Assembly: GCA_051313645.2 (NCBI GenBank) | Contig: JBNRSN020000002.1 | Span: forward strand, 542,500,001 to 542,564,000 | DNA: 64,000 nt | DNA from: Centroscyllium fabricii | Lineage: Eukaryota | Direction: 5' to 3' | Made by a program: the position numbers and the translations under genes | In this document: positions 1 through 10,731 of the stretch, one piece after another | Layout: every line of letters starts with the position of its first letter | How positions within the stretch are numbered: the stretch's first letter is position 1 | The notes under the pieces: model-generated | Seen by the model: the letters and a program-made list of their open reading frames with translations, nothing else | The model's database searches: none | Told to the model about the DNA's origin: nothing

Positions 1-143
1 AGTCTCTCTTTCTTTACCAATGGCAAATTTAGATCCTAGTCACTACCAAACCTTATGGTTCTCGCATGTAACTTTTCCTTGTTACATTCTTGACCTAATA
101 TGGTGGGTATTGTGAAAGACTGAAATCAACAACCTGTAATTTC

Positions 144-327
144 CTAGTTTCTTGGCAATCTTTGCAGCATGTTCCGTTTCAGAGAATCCAGTTTCAGTTC
201 CTCCAACCATGCATTCTCAATACAGTGAGAACCACTTACTGTCTGCAATTGGTCATGACAGGATTTACTAATACAACAATGCCAGATATTACGGTGTAAG
301 GAGTCAGTAACTGCATAACGTAATGAC
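144..327 (-). CDS. Candidate terminal coding exon of an unidentified host gene
   Basis: Non-repetitive sequence; T-rich acceptor ttttttag at 328-335 (minus); open frame SLRYAVTDSLHRNIWHCC...LQRLPRN to TAG. No homology recognised. Confidence 0.35.
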
Positions 328-505
328 CTAAAAAATAAATTTTTAAGTGCTGTATTGTGAAAATATCTGAGAAGGAGTTTCATATTCCAGTACTTTGGAT
401 GACGTTCTCTTGTTTGGGGATCCCTATTCCGATTATTCCTGCTCCTTTGGTCTGTCGATACTCAGTGTATCTGCAGAGGCCAGTAAGCCAAGTGAGTTGA
501 GGCTA

Positions 506-933
506 CAGGTCCGGCACCGTTAATCCGGACACCGTTAATCCAGAAACTTCAGTCATCCGGCATGAATCCGGGCCTCTCCCCGACTGGTTTGCGCATGCGC
601 AGACCATTCAAAATGGCCACCGTGCATGCGCAAACCATTCAAAATGGCCGCCGCGCATGCGCAGCGCCCATTTTGAATGGTTTGCGCATGCACAGCGGCC
701 ATTTTGAATGGTCTGCGCATGCACGGCGGCTATTTTGAATGGTTTGCTCATGCGCGGTGGCCATTTTGAATGGTCTGGGCAGGCGCAGCGGGCATTTTGA
801 ATGGTTTGCTCTTGCGCGGTGGCCATTTTGAATGGTCTGGGCATGCGCTCGCCAAAGCTTCAGTCGTTCAGATTTTTCACCAGTCCGGCACCGGCCTCGT
901 CCCGACGGTGCCGGATTAATGGTGTCGGACCTG
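506..933. mobile_element. Tc1/mariner (Tigger/pogo-like) MITE
   Basis: ~23-bp TIRs CAGGTCCGGCACCGTTAATCCGG / CCGGATTAATGGTGTCGGACCTG; TA on both sides; no coding capacity. Confidence 0.85.
583..850. repeat. 31-bp minisatellite with an internal orientation switch, inside the MITE
   Basis: TTTTGAATGG recurs at 671, 702, 733, 764, 795 and 826; its reverse complement CCATTCAAAA occurs at 604 and 635. Confidence 0.9.
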
Positions 934-1819
934 TATCAGCCTCTAGATGGGCGAATGGTCTGGATCCCTGAAAAAATTGCATTTTTTGTTTAAACTGGCC
1001 TTCATACAGAGGGTGAACAGGACATGACCAGAGTCAGGGGCCTGGGCAATCTTTCCCACCCTCACCATGGAGGGTGGGTACCAGAGTGTCTGGCTACATG
1101 GGAAAGGTGGGTGCTAGAGAGGTGCCCACCGTGGTGTTTGTGTCGCATGTCCGATGTTAATAAGTTGCTCTCCTGCTGAACCTGCAAACTCTGACGTAAC
1201 CCCTGGGATTGCGATTCTCTGCCCCATAGTCTAAGTTGCTTCATTGTAGCGCTGAGGGAGTGCTGCATTGCTGCAGGTGCATGTGACGTCATACCAAAGG
1301 CACAATCACCTTTGAGGGTCTTAACAGATCATGTGGAGCCACAGTGCACTGCACCTCAAAGAAAATATGTAACTCATTGACTTTGAAATGCTTTGGGAGA
1401 TTCTAAGAGCGTGAATGGCCCAGCGTGAGTGAAAGTTCCTTCTGATGTGAGTGTAAAAGAACTCCCAACTTTGAATGCTTTTCTGAAGATGTTGGTCAGG
1501 AATTTGCTGGGAACTTCTCCCATGCCGTCACTTTGCCAGAAGTACAGTGGAAACCCCACTTGAGAACGAGCTTTCTGCCGCACAGCCTCGGGGAGTTATT
1601 GCAGCAGGGCAGGACCAGCTCCAAGGAAGTTCCAACCACTGCTGCTCAACTGACCACATTACGACTTTGTTCCTCAGTGAAATGGTTTCACTGGAATTTA
1701 ATAGACGTTTTTATCTTTGAAATGACTGCTGTTGTATAAAAATCTTCTTGCAGGGAAACTTGGTGCGCTGGAGAGCAGGGGACGGAGCATTGTGCCTTTT
1801 ACATCTGGGACCTAGGTTC

Positions 1820-2010
1820 AGAATACTAAGAACAGGGCTTGGAGAAGAACCAACGCTTATACAGAAGAGCCAAGAAAGACAACTGCAATGGTTTGGGCAT
1901 TTTTGAAAAATTGAATCATCTGGGATACCTTTCATCAGCCGGCACACAAAGGCACATGGAACAAGAAGCTAAGGAAGATCAAGGAAGTGCTTGATAGACA
2001 ACGTCATAAG
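1820..2010 (+). mobile_element. Old RTE-like LINE C-terminal fragment
   Basis: Translates, with stops, to QERQLQWFGHF*...HGTRS*GRSRKCLIDNV, resembling the RTE C-terminal motif WxGHV...GxRxxGRxxxxWxD. Confidence 0.5.
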
Positions 2011-2029
2011 CCCATAAAAAAACAAACCA

Positions 2030-2670
2030 AGCACTAGGGTTTATTTTTAGAGGGACAGAATTGAAAAGTAGGGAAGTTCTGCTAACTTTGTTTCGAACCT
2101 TGTTTAGACCACACTTGGAGTACTACGTACAATTCTGGTCGCCATATTATAAAAAGGATACAGAGGCACTGGAGAGGGTGCAGAGAAGATTTACCAGGAT
2201 GATACCAGAAATGCGAGGTTAAACCTATCAGGAAAGGATGAACAGGCTGGGTCTCTTTTCCCTTGAAGAAAGAAGGCTGAGGGGTGACCTAATAGAGGTC
2301 TTTAAAATTATGAAAGGTTTTGATAGAGGGGATAGAGAGAGAATGTTTCCACTTGTGGGGAAGAGCATAACTAGAGGCCATCAATATAAGAGAGTCACCA
2401 AGCAACCAATAGGGAATTCAGAAGCAACTTGTTTACCCAGAGAGTGGTGAAAATGTGGAACTCGCTCCCACAGGGAGTGGATGAAGCGACTAGTATCGAT
2501 GCGTTTAAGGGGAGGCTGGATAAGCGTATGAGGGAGAAGGGAATCGAGGGTGATGCTGATAGAGTTAGAAGAGGAAAGACGGGAGGAGGCTCGAGTGGAG
2601 CATAAACGTCGGCATAGACTGGTTGGGCCGAATGTCCTGTTTCTGTGCCGTATATCCTGTGTAATCCTAA
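2030..2670 (+). mobile_element. CR1 LINE 3' fragment
   Basis: LGLFSLEERRLRGDLIEVFKIMKG and RVVxxWNSLP motifs; CR1 3' UTR. Confidence 0.9.
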
Positions 2671-3128
2671 GTCAAGAGGGACTTGTCATAGAAAGGGTTA
2701 CAGGTGACTGAAGTGGCTAGTTCACAATTGCCTGTGTCTGTGAGACGCCTAATTTCACATACTGATGGCTACAATGGAATGAATTAATTCGACCCCACTG
2801 GTTCTGAGCTGACAGATGGGAAGCTAATAGGAATAGTACCTGGGTTCAGACCGCCGGGATGAAAGTCATTTTAGCACAAAGCTGCCCCGAATTCAGCCCT
2901 AAATGGCCATCTCACGCAGAGAGGTCACAGGATGCTGATATGGGGAAAAAAACATGTCAGACTGCTGGGATGAAAGGATTTCCTGTGTCTGTCAGACGCC
3001 TAATTTCACATACTGATGGGTACATGTCCACCAGAGTTCAGTATTCACTGGCATAAAATTGGTAGCTTCAGAGAAGCCACAAAATTGTCTGGTGTGAGTA
3101 ATGGAAATGAATAAAAAAGAAGCATATT

Positions 3129-3890
3129 GGGCCAGAAATTCGGGTCGGAGGCTTCCCGCGGGTGCAAGCCTCCGACCTGCACTTATCTCGCGCGCCGGCC
3201 GTTGAGCTGTGGGCCCGCACGGGATTCCGATCCTGGGCCTGCTCCAACTGCCGGCGCGCAGTGCTTGCGTATCCCAGGGGCACAGTTAGTTTGAAGCGTC
3301 CCCTGGGATCACGTGGGCCATGGAGAGCCAATGGTAGCAGGGAATCTGTATTCATACATTTAATAGGAAGAGCTGTCAAATCTATGAATACAATTCAGCC
3401 CCAAAACATATCTAAAACTTCAAATATATTTTTTTTAAATCACATATTTAAAATAACTATAAATTACATAAAATAACTATTTTAAGCAATAATTTAAAAT
3501 TTTGAAAAAATTAATTACAGTTTCTAACGGGGCTAAAAATAAACTTATCTTTCTTTAAAGTATTTAAATATAATAAACCTGTGTAAAAAATGTTTTAATT
3601 TTACTTAATTCACCACTTACCTTGTTAAAAGCCGGCCTTGCGACTGCTTTTTAAAAGCGTAGCTGCTGGAGACTTACCCTCCCGGAGAAACCTGCAAAAA
3701 CAACGGGAGTTTCAGGCGCACGCGCTGCCTCTCCGGCGCACACGTTTGACCTGTGAACCCCTTCCTTTAAGGGAACGGAAGTTCCGGCTTCCCACGCATG
3801 CGCAGTGCATGCACGAAACCGGCAATTTCGTTGGGCCTACGGGTGAGTACCCAGCGCGTACGCACCCGTGGGGACCCGAATTTCTGGCCC
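3129..3890. mobile_element. PIF/Harbinger-like non-autonomous TIR element
   Basis: Perfect 18-bp TIR GGGCCAGAAATTCGGGTC; flanks ATT/AAT; GC-rich arms and AT-rich core; shares internal motifs in reverse orientation with 16646-17377. Confidence 0.8.
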
Positions 3891-3891
3891 A

Positions 3892-4536
3892 ATACAGGGC
3901 ATTGGTGAGACCACCTCTGGAGTACTTTTTTTTTATTCGTTGATGGGATGTGGGCATCGCTGGCTGGCGAGGCCAGCATTTAGTGCCCATCCCTACTGTG
4001 CACAGTATTGGTCTGCTTATTTAAGGAAGGATGTAAACGCGCTGGAAGCAGTTCAGAGAAGGTTTACTAGACTAATACCAGGAATGGGCGGGTTGTCTTA
4101 TGAGGAAAGGTTGGACAGGCTGGGCTTGTATCCGCTGGAGTTTGAAGAGTAAGAGGAGACTTGATTGAAACATCTAAGATCCTGAGGGGTCTGGACAGGG
4201 TGGATGTGGAGAGGATGTTTCCTCTTGTGAGAGAATCTAGAACGAGGGGTCACTATTTAAAAATAAGGGATCGCCCATTTAAGACAGAGATGAGGAGAAT
4301 TTTTTCTCAGAGGGTGGTGAGTCTTTGGAACTCTCTTCCTCAGAGGGTGGAGGAAGCAGAGTCTGTGAATATTTTTAAGGCAGAGGTAGATAGATTCTTG
4401 ATAAGCAAGGGGGTGAAAGGTCATCGGGGGTAGGCAGGAATGTGGAGCAATCAGATCAGCCATGATCTTATTGAATGGCGGAGCAGGCTCGAGGGGCCGA
4501 ATGGCCGACTCCTGCTCCTAATTCGTATGTTCGTAT
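3892..4536 (+). mobile_element. CR1 LINE 3' fragment with a short inverted LINE-tail insert at ~3926-3993
   Basis: LVRPPLEY|YCAQYWS...LEAVQRRFTRLIPG; (TTCGTATG) tail; poly-T plus tail segment flanked by TACT. Confidence 0.9.
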
Positions 4537-4659
4537 GAAACACTGGAATGATGGTGCAGTGGACGGGGGGCGGGAGGGTGTTTCTGTGGTTGGGGGTGGA
4601 GTACAGGCAGCTTCACTCTACCTCGAACCTGACCTGGATTCAGAAGGTGGTTTCCTAAA

Positions 4660-5525
4660 AAAGAAAAGTCTTGCATTTATATAGCGCCTTTCACAACCTC
4701 AGGATGTCCCAAAGTGCTTTGCAGCCAATGAAGTACCTTTTGGAGTGTAGTCACTGTTGTAATGTAGGAAACATGGCAGCCAATTTGCGCACAGCAAGCT
4801 CCCACAAACAGCAATGTGATAATGACCAGATAATCTGTTTCTGTGATGTTGGTTGAGGGATAAAATATTGGTCAGGACACCGGGGAGAACTCACCTGCTC
4901 TTTTTCAAAATAGTGCCGTGGTGTCTTTTACATCCACCTGAGAGAGCAAACGGGGCCTCCGTTTAACGTCTCATCTGAAAGACAGCATTTCCGACACTCC
5001 CTCAGGACTGCACTGGAGTGTCAGCCTAGTTTGTTGTGTTCAAGTCTCTGGAGTAGGGACTATGAACCCACGACCTTCTGACTCGGGCGGCACGGTGGCA
5101 TAGTGGTTAGCACTGTGGCTTCACAGCGCTAGGGGCCCGGGTTCAAATCCGGCCTCGGGTGACTATCTGTGTGGAGTTTGCACATTCACCCCGTGTCTGC
5201 ATGGGTTTCCTCCGGGTGCTCCGGTTTCCTCCCACAGTCCAAAGATGTGCGGGTTAGGTTGATTGGCCAGGATAAGTTGACCCTTAGTGTTAGGGGGATT
5301 GAATATGTGGGGTTACGGGGATAGGGTGGGATATGTGTCGGTGCAGGCTCGATAGGGATCGAGGGATATGGGGACGGGGCAGGGTCAGGGTGCTGGGTTT
5401 GGATGATCAGCCATGATCTCATTGAATGGCGGAGCAGGCTCGAGGGGCTGAATGGCCTACTCCTGCTCCGATCTTCTATGTTTCTATGACTCAGAGACGA
5501 GGGTGCGACCCACTCAGCCACGGCC
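4660..5525 (-). mobile_element. Deu-domain tRNA-derived SINE (SacSINE1-like), split by a V-SINE
   Basis: Conserved core GCAGCCAATTTGCGCACAGCAAG...CAGCCAATGAAGTAC recurs in several copies; L2-like tail; tRNA-like head resumes at ~5487-5525. Confidence 0.75.
5085..5486 (+). mobile_element. V-SINE (HE1-like) with CR1-derived tail
   Basis: tRNA-like head GGGCGGCACGGTGGCATAGTGGTTAGC; V-domain GTTTCCTCCGGGTGCTCCGGTTTCCTCCCAC; CR1 tail; TSD TGACTC. Confidence 0.9.
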
Positions 5526-5736
5526 AAGACCTTTTTTCTTCAAGGGGTACCGGTGGTGTAATTCATTTCAAGGACATTCTAGGCTTCTTTGTGTAGTCTC
5601 GCACACAATTTGAGAATGTGCAACTCCATCCCCTATACCAGAATGTAATTCTGTCTTGATTAATGGAGGGTGAATTTTCACCAAGGGAACAGAAATTTGC
5701 CCCCGTGTTGTATTGTTTTCAAACATTTGTTCTTTG

Positions 5737-6233
5737 TCAGTTCACATTTAAAATAAACATCCTGACTGCTTGCTTAATTGCTGCCATCCACCGACATTGA
5801 GTGTTACTCTTGGACGAAAATTTCCTTTGTGTTTTTCCAAGTTCATTCGACGCATTACTGTTTGATGTTCTTGGCAACTTTCTACCACAGAGTATCTGCA
5901 AAAATGATCCTCTGTACATCGTCGGCATTTCATGTGCAAAAATCGGTGACGTGTATGGAAGCGCCACGTTTGCACGGCATTCTTTATAAACAAAGCAGCC
6001 TTCTGTATTTACACAGGAGCCTTTTGACGGGAATTGCTCCGAGGCGACCAAAAAATGTTCCTTCGGCAACGTCTTATTTTCGTGCACGCACTGTGGAGAG
6101 TGTTCCAGTCCCAAGTAAGAGTAGTCCAGTCTGCAGGTAGGGCTGCACGCCAAGGTTCCGAGCTTTGGTTTGGCACAGCCTCTACCCAGACTAATCCATC
6201 TGACCAGAATGAGGAGCAAAACATTGCGAGTCT
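5737..6233 (-). CDS. Candidate host exon; frame and 3' boundary uncertain
   Basis: Acceptor tttatttttcag; unique sequence; one frame open ~165 codons, another ~74 codons to a possible gtaaat donor. No family recognised. Confidence 0.3.
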
Positions 6234-6546
6234 CTGAAAAATAAACTGTTCACTTGTAAGGAAGCCAATGTGGTTTTTTTTTTCTCCTTCAAATCTGCTG
6301 GGGTATTGTGCGAGTGCAAAGCCTCAGCAATGTACAATTGCAATTGCATTTTTTTTTTGCTTCTGCAGGGCGTAATCTGAGACAAGTCCTGACTGAATCA
6401 GCAAATGGTCGGTTTGACTAAAGCCATGAAATCTGGGTTGGTTCCGACTTTGGATTCAGTTCAGGTCTGACTTCTGACTGTAAATGATTAAAGTCATACC
6501 CCTGCTTCTCTCAGCAGCTTTACATCGGGTGGCAAGAGATCATTGG

Positions 6547-7928
6547 TGTGGTAAACCATTAGCAGTAATGTTATACCGCTGTTGTACTACCGTACTGTTA
6601 TCTGTAACTACCTTGCTGCTGCCCTTGTAAATACTGTACTATGACCTGTAAATACTTGTATGTTAATACTTGTAGGAGCTTGCCCCAGCTGACCCCGCCT
6701 CTGACTCCACCTCTGGACTCAGGTACTTAGGTGCTTACTCATCCACCTCTGGTCAGTACACCTCTGAGCTCAGCCGAGACACACTCCATAGTGAAGGTTA
6801 ACTCTTCGTCTTTGGCCTTATTGACGGTACATCAATTTTATTCACAAAATTTTCGACAATGGAGAATGCATTGAAACCGGACCGCCTAGATTTCGATCCC
6901 CAGGCACCGAGTGCAGCAAACGACTTTGAACACTGGTTCAACTGTTTCGAGGCCTACCCGAGAGCCATGAAAGCCGGCTGACACCTTGGCCCTCAAATCC
7001 AGAGGCCTTCCAGTCTCCTGTTGGCAAGAAGTCCTCCCCGACGCGCTACATTCCATTCGTTCTCTCTTGTGTACCACTATTAACGCCACGCCTCACGAGA
7101 AACTGTTTTCATTTCCCAGGAGATCGACTTCGGGGACAGTACTACCGCCGTGGCTGACCACCCCGGGGCCCGTTTTGCTTAGGAGACATGTCCGCGACCA
7201 CAAGACGGACCCCCTGGTGGAACGGGTGCACCTGCTCCACGCCAACCCGCAGTACGCGTACATGGCGTACCCGGACGAGCGCGAGGACATGGTCTCGATA
7301 AGGGACCTGGCGCCCGCCGGCGTCACAGACACCGAACCCTCGGCCGAGCCCCAGCTCTGCTAAGCACCAACCACCGGCCACGTGACACCCTGGCCTATGC
7401 ACACACGACACACACCCTCGGGGCCCTCGAGACCACCAGCCGACCACTGGGGGACTGACAGCACGCCGCCAGCACCCATGGCTTACAACACGCCCCGGAC
7501 CCCTCTGCCGGAACCACCGAAACCGGCATACCATCGGTCCCTCCGACAGGCGAAACCACCGGAGAGACAGATTACGAAATGTTGATGGTGAACACGGACG
7601 AGCATTCACCCCACCGGACTCATTTTACAGAAGGGGTGAATGTGGTAAACCATTAGCAGTAACGCTATACCACTGTAACTACCTTGATGCTGCGCTTGTA
7701 AATACTGTACTATGACCTGTAAATACCTGTATGCTAATACATGTAGGAGCTTGCCCCGGCTGACCCCGCCTCTGACTCCACCTCCGGACTCAGGTACTTA
7801 GGTGCTTACTCATCCACCTCTGGTCAGTACACCTCTGAGCTCAGCCGAGACACGCTCCATTCTTCAGTGAATAAAAGCCGTATAGTTAAGGTTAACTCTT
7901 TGTCTTTGGCCTTATTGACGGTACATCA
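6547..7928 (+). mobile_element. Internally deleted Gypsy LTR retrotransposon (family B)
   Basis: LTRs 6547-6834 and 7641-7928 (TG...CA); TSD ATTGG; gag start MENALKPDRLD at 6859 fused at ~6983 to the integrase C-terminus; PPT AGAAGGGGTGAA. Confidence 0.95.
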
Positions 7929-8177
7929 ATTGGTGCTGCAATAAATGACATCAGGCCTATAATTCACCTTATTCTACTATCTAACTCCTAAGAGACAAAG
8001 ACTTGTGCTGTGTCTCCTTGTGTTCTTATTGCTATGTAATAAAGACACTTTAAACTCATTTGTTTGCAGCTTTCACTCAGTTGTATTCTTGCTTTTGTTG
8101 GTGCTGCCGCATGGTGCAGAGCGATACAAGATGGCCGACCTTGCACGGCGCCTGCTCGTCACAGTGTGCCGCATATG

Positions 8178-8680
8178 GGTGAGATTAGAACTAGGGGGCA
8201 TAATCTGAGAATAAGGGGCTGCACTTTCAAAACTGAGATGAGAAGTAACTTCTTCACTCAGAGGGTGGTGGGTCTGTGGAATTCACTGCCCCAGAGAGCT
8301 GTGGAAGCTACTACTTTGAATAAATTTAAAACCGAGATTGACAGTTTCTTAGAAGTAAAGGGAATTAGGGGTTACGGTGAGCGGGCAGGTAAATGGACGT
8401 GAGACTAGGTTCAGATCGGCCATGTGATCTCCTGGACGAGTTTCGATCGCCTAGATGGGTCAGAGAGGAATTTCCCAGATTTTTTCTCCCAAATTGGCCA
8501 CTGGGTTTTTTATCTGGTTTTTCGCCTTTCCCGGGAGATCACATGGGTTCGAGTGGAATGGAGAATGAAAGTAGATTTGAGGTTAGGATCAGATCAGCCA
8601 TGATCTTATTGAATGGCGGAGCAGGCTCGAGGGGCCGATTGGCCGACTTCTGCTCCTATTTCTTATGTTCTTATGTTCTT
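8178..8680 (+). mobile_element. CR1 LINE 3' fragment with composite tail
   Basis: RTRGHNLRI...NFFTQRVVGLWNSLP; (TTCTTATG)n end. Confidence 0.9.
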
Positions 8681-8745
8681 ATAGCAATATAAATACACTA
8701 ACCAAAGTAGTTCCATATAACAATGTAACAATATAACAATGTAAC

Positions 8746-9455
8746 ATCTTGTATTTATAAAGTAGCTTACACGACCTCAGGACGTCCCAGAGTGCTTTAC
8801 AGCCAATGAAGTACTTTTGAAGTCTAGTCGTTGTTGTAATGTAGGAAACGCGGCAGCCAATTTGCGCTCAGCAAGCTCCCACAAACAGCAATGTGATAAT
8901 GACCAGATAATCTGTTTCAGTGATGTTGGTTGAGTGATAAATATTGGCCAGAATATTGGGAGAACTCCCCTGCTCTTCTTCGAAATAGTGCTATAGTGTG
9001 GGAGACTACGATCTCCCAGCGAAATAATCAGCCAAAATCAAGAGGTCAACTCAACACAGGTCTTTACTACTCAACTCCAACAAACAGAATGAATTCAAAA
9101 GCCCGCGAAACGCGTTAAAACATCACGGCTTGGTCATGTGATCTCCATTTTCCCTCTCTCTTAAAGGGGAGGGGGAAACTGCCAGTTCAAGGGGACTTTA
9201 CATGTTTAACTGTGTACAGACATTTAATCCCCAATGTGGAAACGCCACAATAGGATCTTTTATGCGCACCTGAGAGAGCAGACAGAGCCTACGTTTAACG
9301 TCACATGTTAAAAAGACAGCACCTCCGACAGTGCAGCAGCCCCTCACCACAGCACTGTCGGCCTGGACTTTGTGCAGAGATCTCTGGGGTATGACTTGAA
9401 CCCACATCCTTTTGACTCAGAGGTGAATGTGTTACCTCTCAGCCACAGCCGACAC
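8746..9455 (-). mobile_element. Deu-domain SINE split by a solo LTR
   Basis: Same core as 4660-5525, interrupted at 8997-9249. Confidence 0.75.
8997..9249 (-). mobile_element. Solo LTR
   Basis: TGTGG...CCACA termini; 4-bp TSD ATAG; cleanly interrupts a SINE. Orientation is tentative. Confidence 0.75.
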
Positions 9456-9617
9456 CTACTCCAATGTTTCCTTCCTCATAAACAGCCAGTTAGGCTCATC
9501 TTTTGGCTTTTCACAGCATGGGGAACAAATTAAATTGAAATAAAACCTATGAGTGTAATAACAAAGGAACAAAAGGTGAAATGGAGACAAATATAGTGCA
9601 AGAAGGTAAAATAGATA

Positions 9618-9750
9618 TGATGTGGAGGTGCCGGTGTTGGACTGGGTTGGACAAATGTAAGAAGTCACCTGAGGAAGGAGCAACGCTCCGAAAGCTTGTG
9701 ATTTCAAATAAAACTGTTGGACTATAACCTGGTGTTGAGTGACTTCTTAC
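9618..9750. mobile_element. Short Penelope-derived inverted insert with hammerhead motif
   Basis: Matches the repeat upstream of the Penelope ATG (49219); 12-bp TSD GTAAAATAGATA (9606-9617 / 9751-9762). Confidence 0.8.
9665..9701 (+). ncRNA. Minimal type I hammerhead ribozyme motif
   Basis: TCAC-CTGAGGA-A-GGAG(caacg)CTCC-GAAA-GCTT-GTGA: catalytic core, stem II, stem I TCAC/GTGA, palindromic stem III. Confidence 0.7.
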
Positions 9751-9799
9751 GTAAAATAGATACCAAGAGATTTGTAGGGAGGTAGCACCTTTCATGCAG

Positions 9800-10730
9800 T
9801 ATCCATGCCCATCTTTCCCAAATCCGCGCCCATCTTTCCCACAACTCCATGCTTACATCCCTCCAATCCGGTTTCCGCCCCTGCCACAGTACCGAAACGG
9901 CTCTCATCAAAGTCACGAATGACATCCTTCGTGACTGAGACAAAGGTAAGCTATCCCTCCTCATCCTTCTCGACCAGTCTTCAGCCTTTGACACGGTTGA
10001 CCACTCCACCCTCCTCCAACGCCTCTCCACCATCATCCAGCTGGGTGGGACTGCACTCGCCTGGTTCCATTCTTATCTATCTCATCGTAGCCAGAGAATC
10101 ACCTGCAACGGCTTCTCTTCCCGCTCCCGCATCGTTACCTCTGGTGTCCCCTAAGGATCTGTCCTTGGCCCCCTCCTATTTCTCAGCTACATGCTGCCCC
10201 TTGGCAACATCATCCGAAAACACAGTGTCAATTTCCACATGTACGCTGACGACACCCAGCTCTACCTCACCACCTCTTCTCTCGACCCCTCCGCGGTTTC
10301 TAAATTGTCAGACTGCTTGTCCGATATCCAGTGCTGGATGAGCAGAAATTTTCTTCAATTAAATATTGGGAAGACCAAAGCCATTGTTTTTGGTCCCTGC
10401 CAGAAACTCCGTTCCCCAGCCACTGACTCCACCCCTCTCCGTAACATCTGTCTGAGGCTGAACCACACTGTTCGCAACCTTGGTTTCATATTTGACCCTG
10501 AAATGAGCTTCCGACCACATATCCGCGGCATAACTAAAATCGCCTACTTCCACCTCCGGAACATTGCCCATCTCCACCCCGCCTCAGCTCATCCGCTGCC
10601 TTTGTTACCTCCAGACTTGACTATTCCAACACACTCCTGGCTGACCTCCCATGTTGTACCTGACGTAAACTTGAGGTCATTCAAGCACCTTGGGATGTTT
10701 TACTATGTTAAAGGCACTATATAAATACAA
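9800..10730 (+). mobile_element. L2 LINE RT fragment and tail
   Basis: QSGFRP..STETAL, SAFDTVDH, GVPxGSVLGP, HMYADDTQLY; stops present. Confidence 0.9.
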
Positions 10731-10731
10731 G

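Noticed and set aside
583-850. CRISPR-like array
   Set aside because: Units are contiguous with no unique spacers, there are no cas genes, and the context is a eukaryotic MITE.
2731-3019. 38-bp direct repeat (2731-2768 / 2982-3019); also a 33-bp tandem duplication at ~30873-30938
   Set aside because: Simple local duplications without element hallmarks.
5085-5160. tRNA genes at SINE heads
   Set aside because: They run straight into V- or Deu-domains and LINE tails with no terminator, so they are SINE heads.
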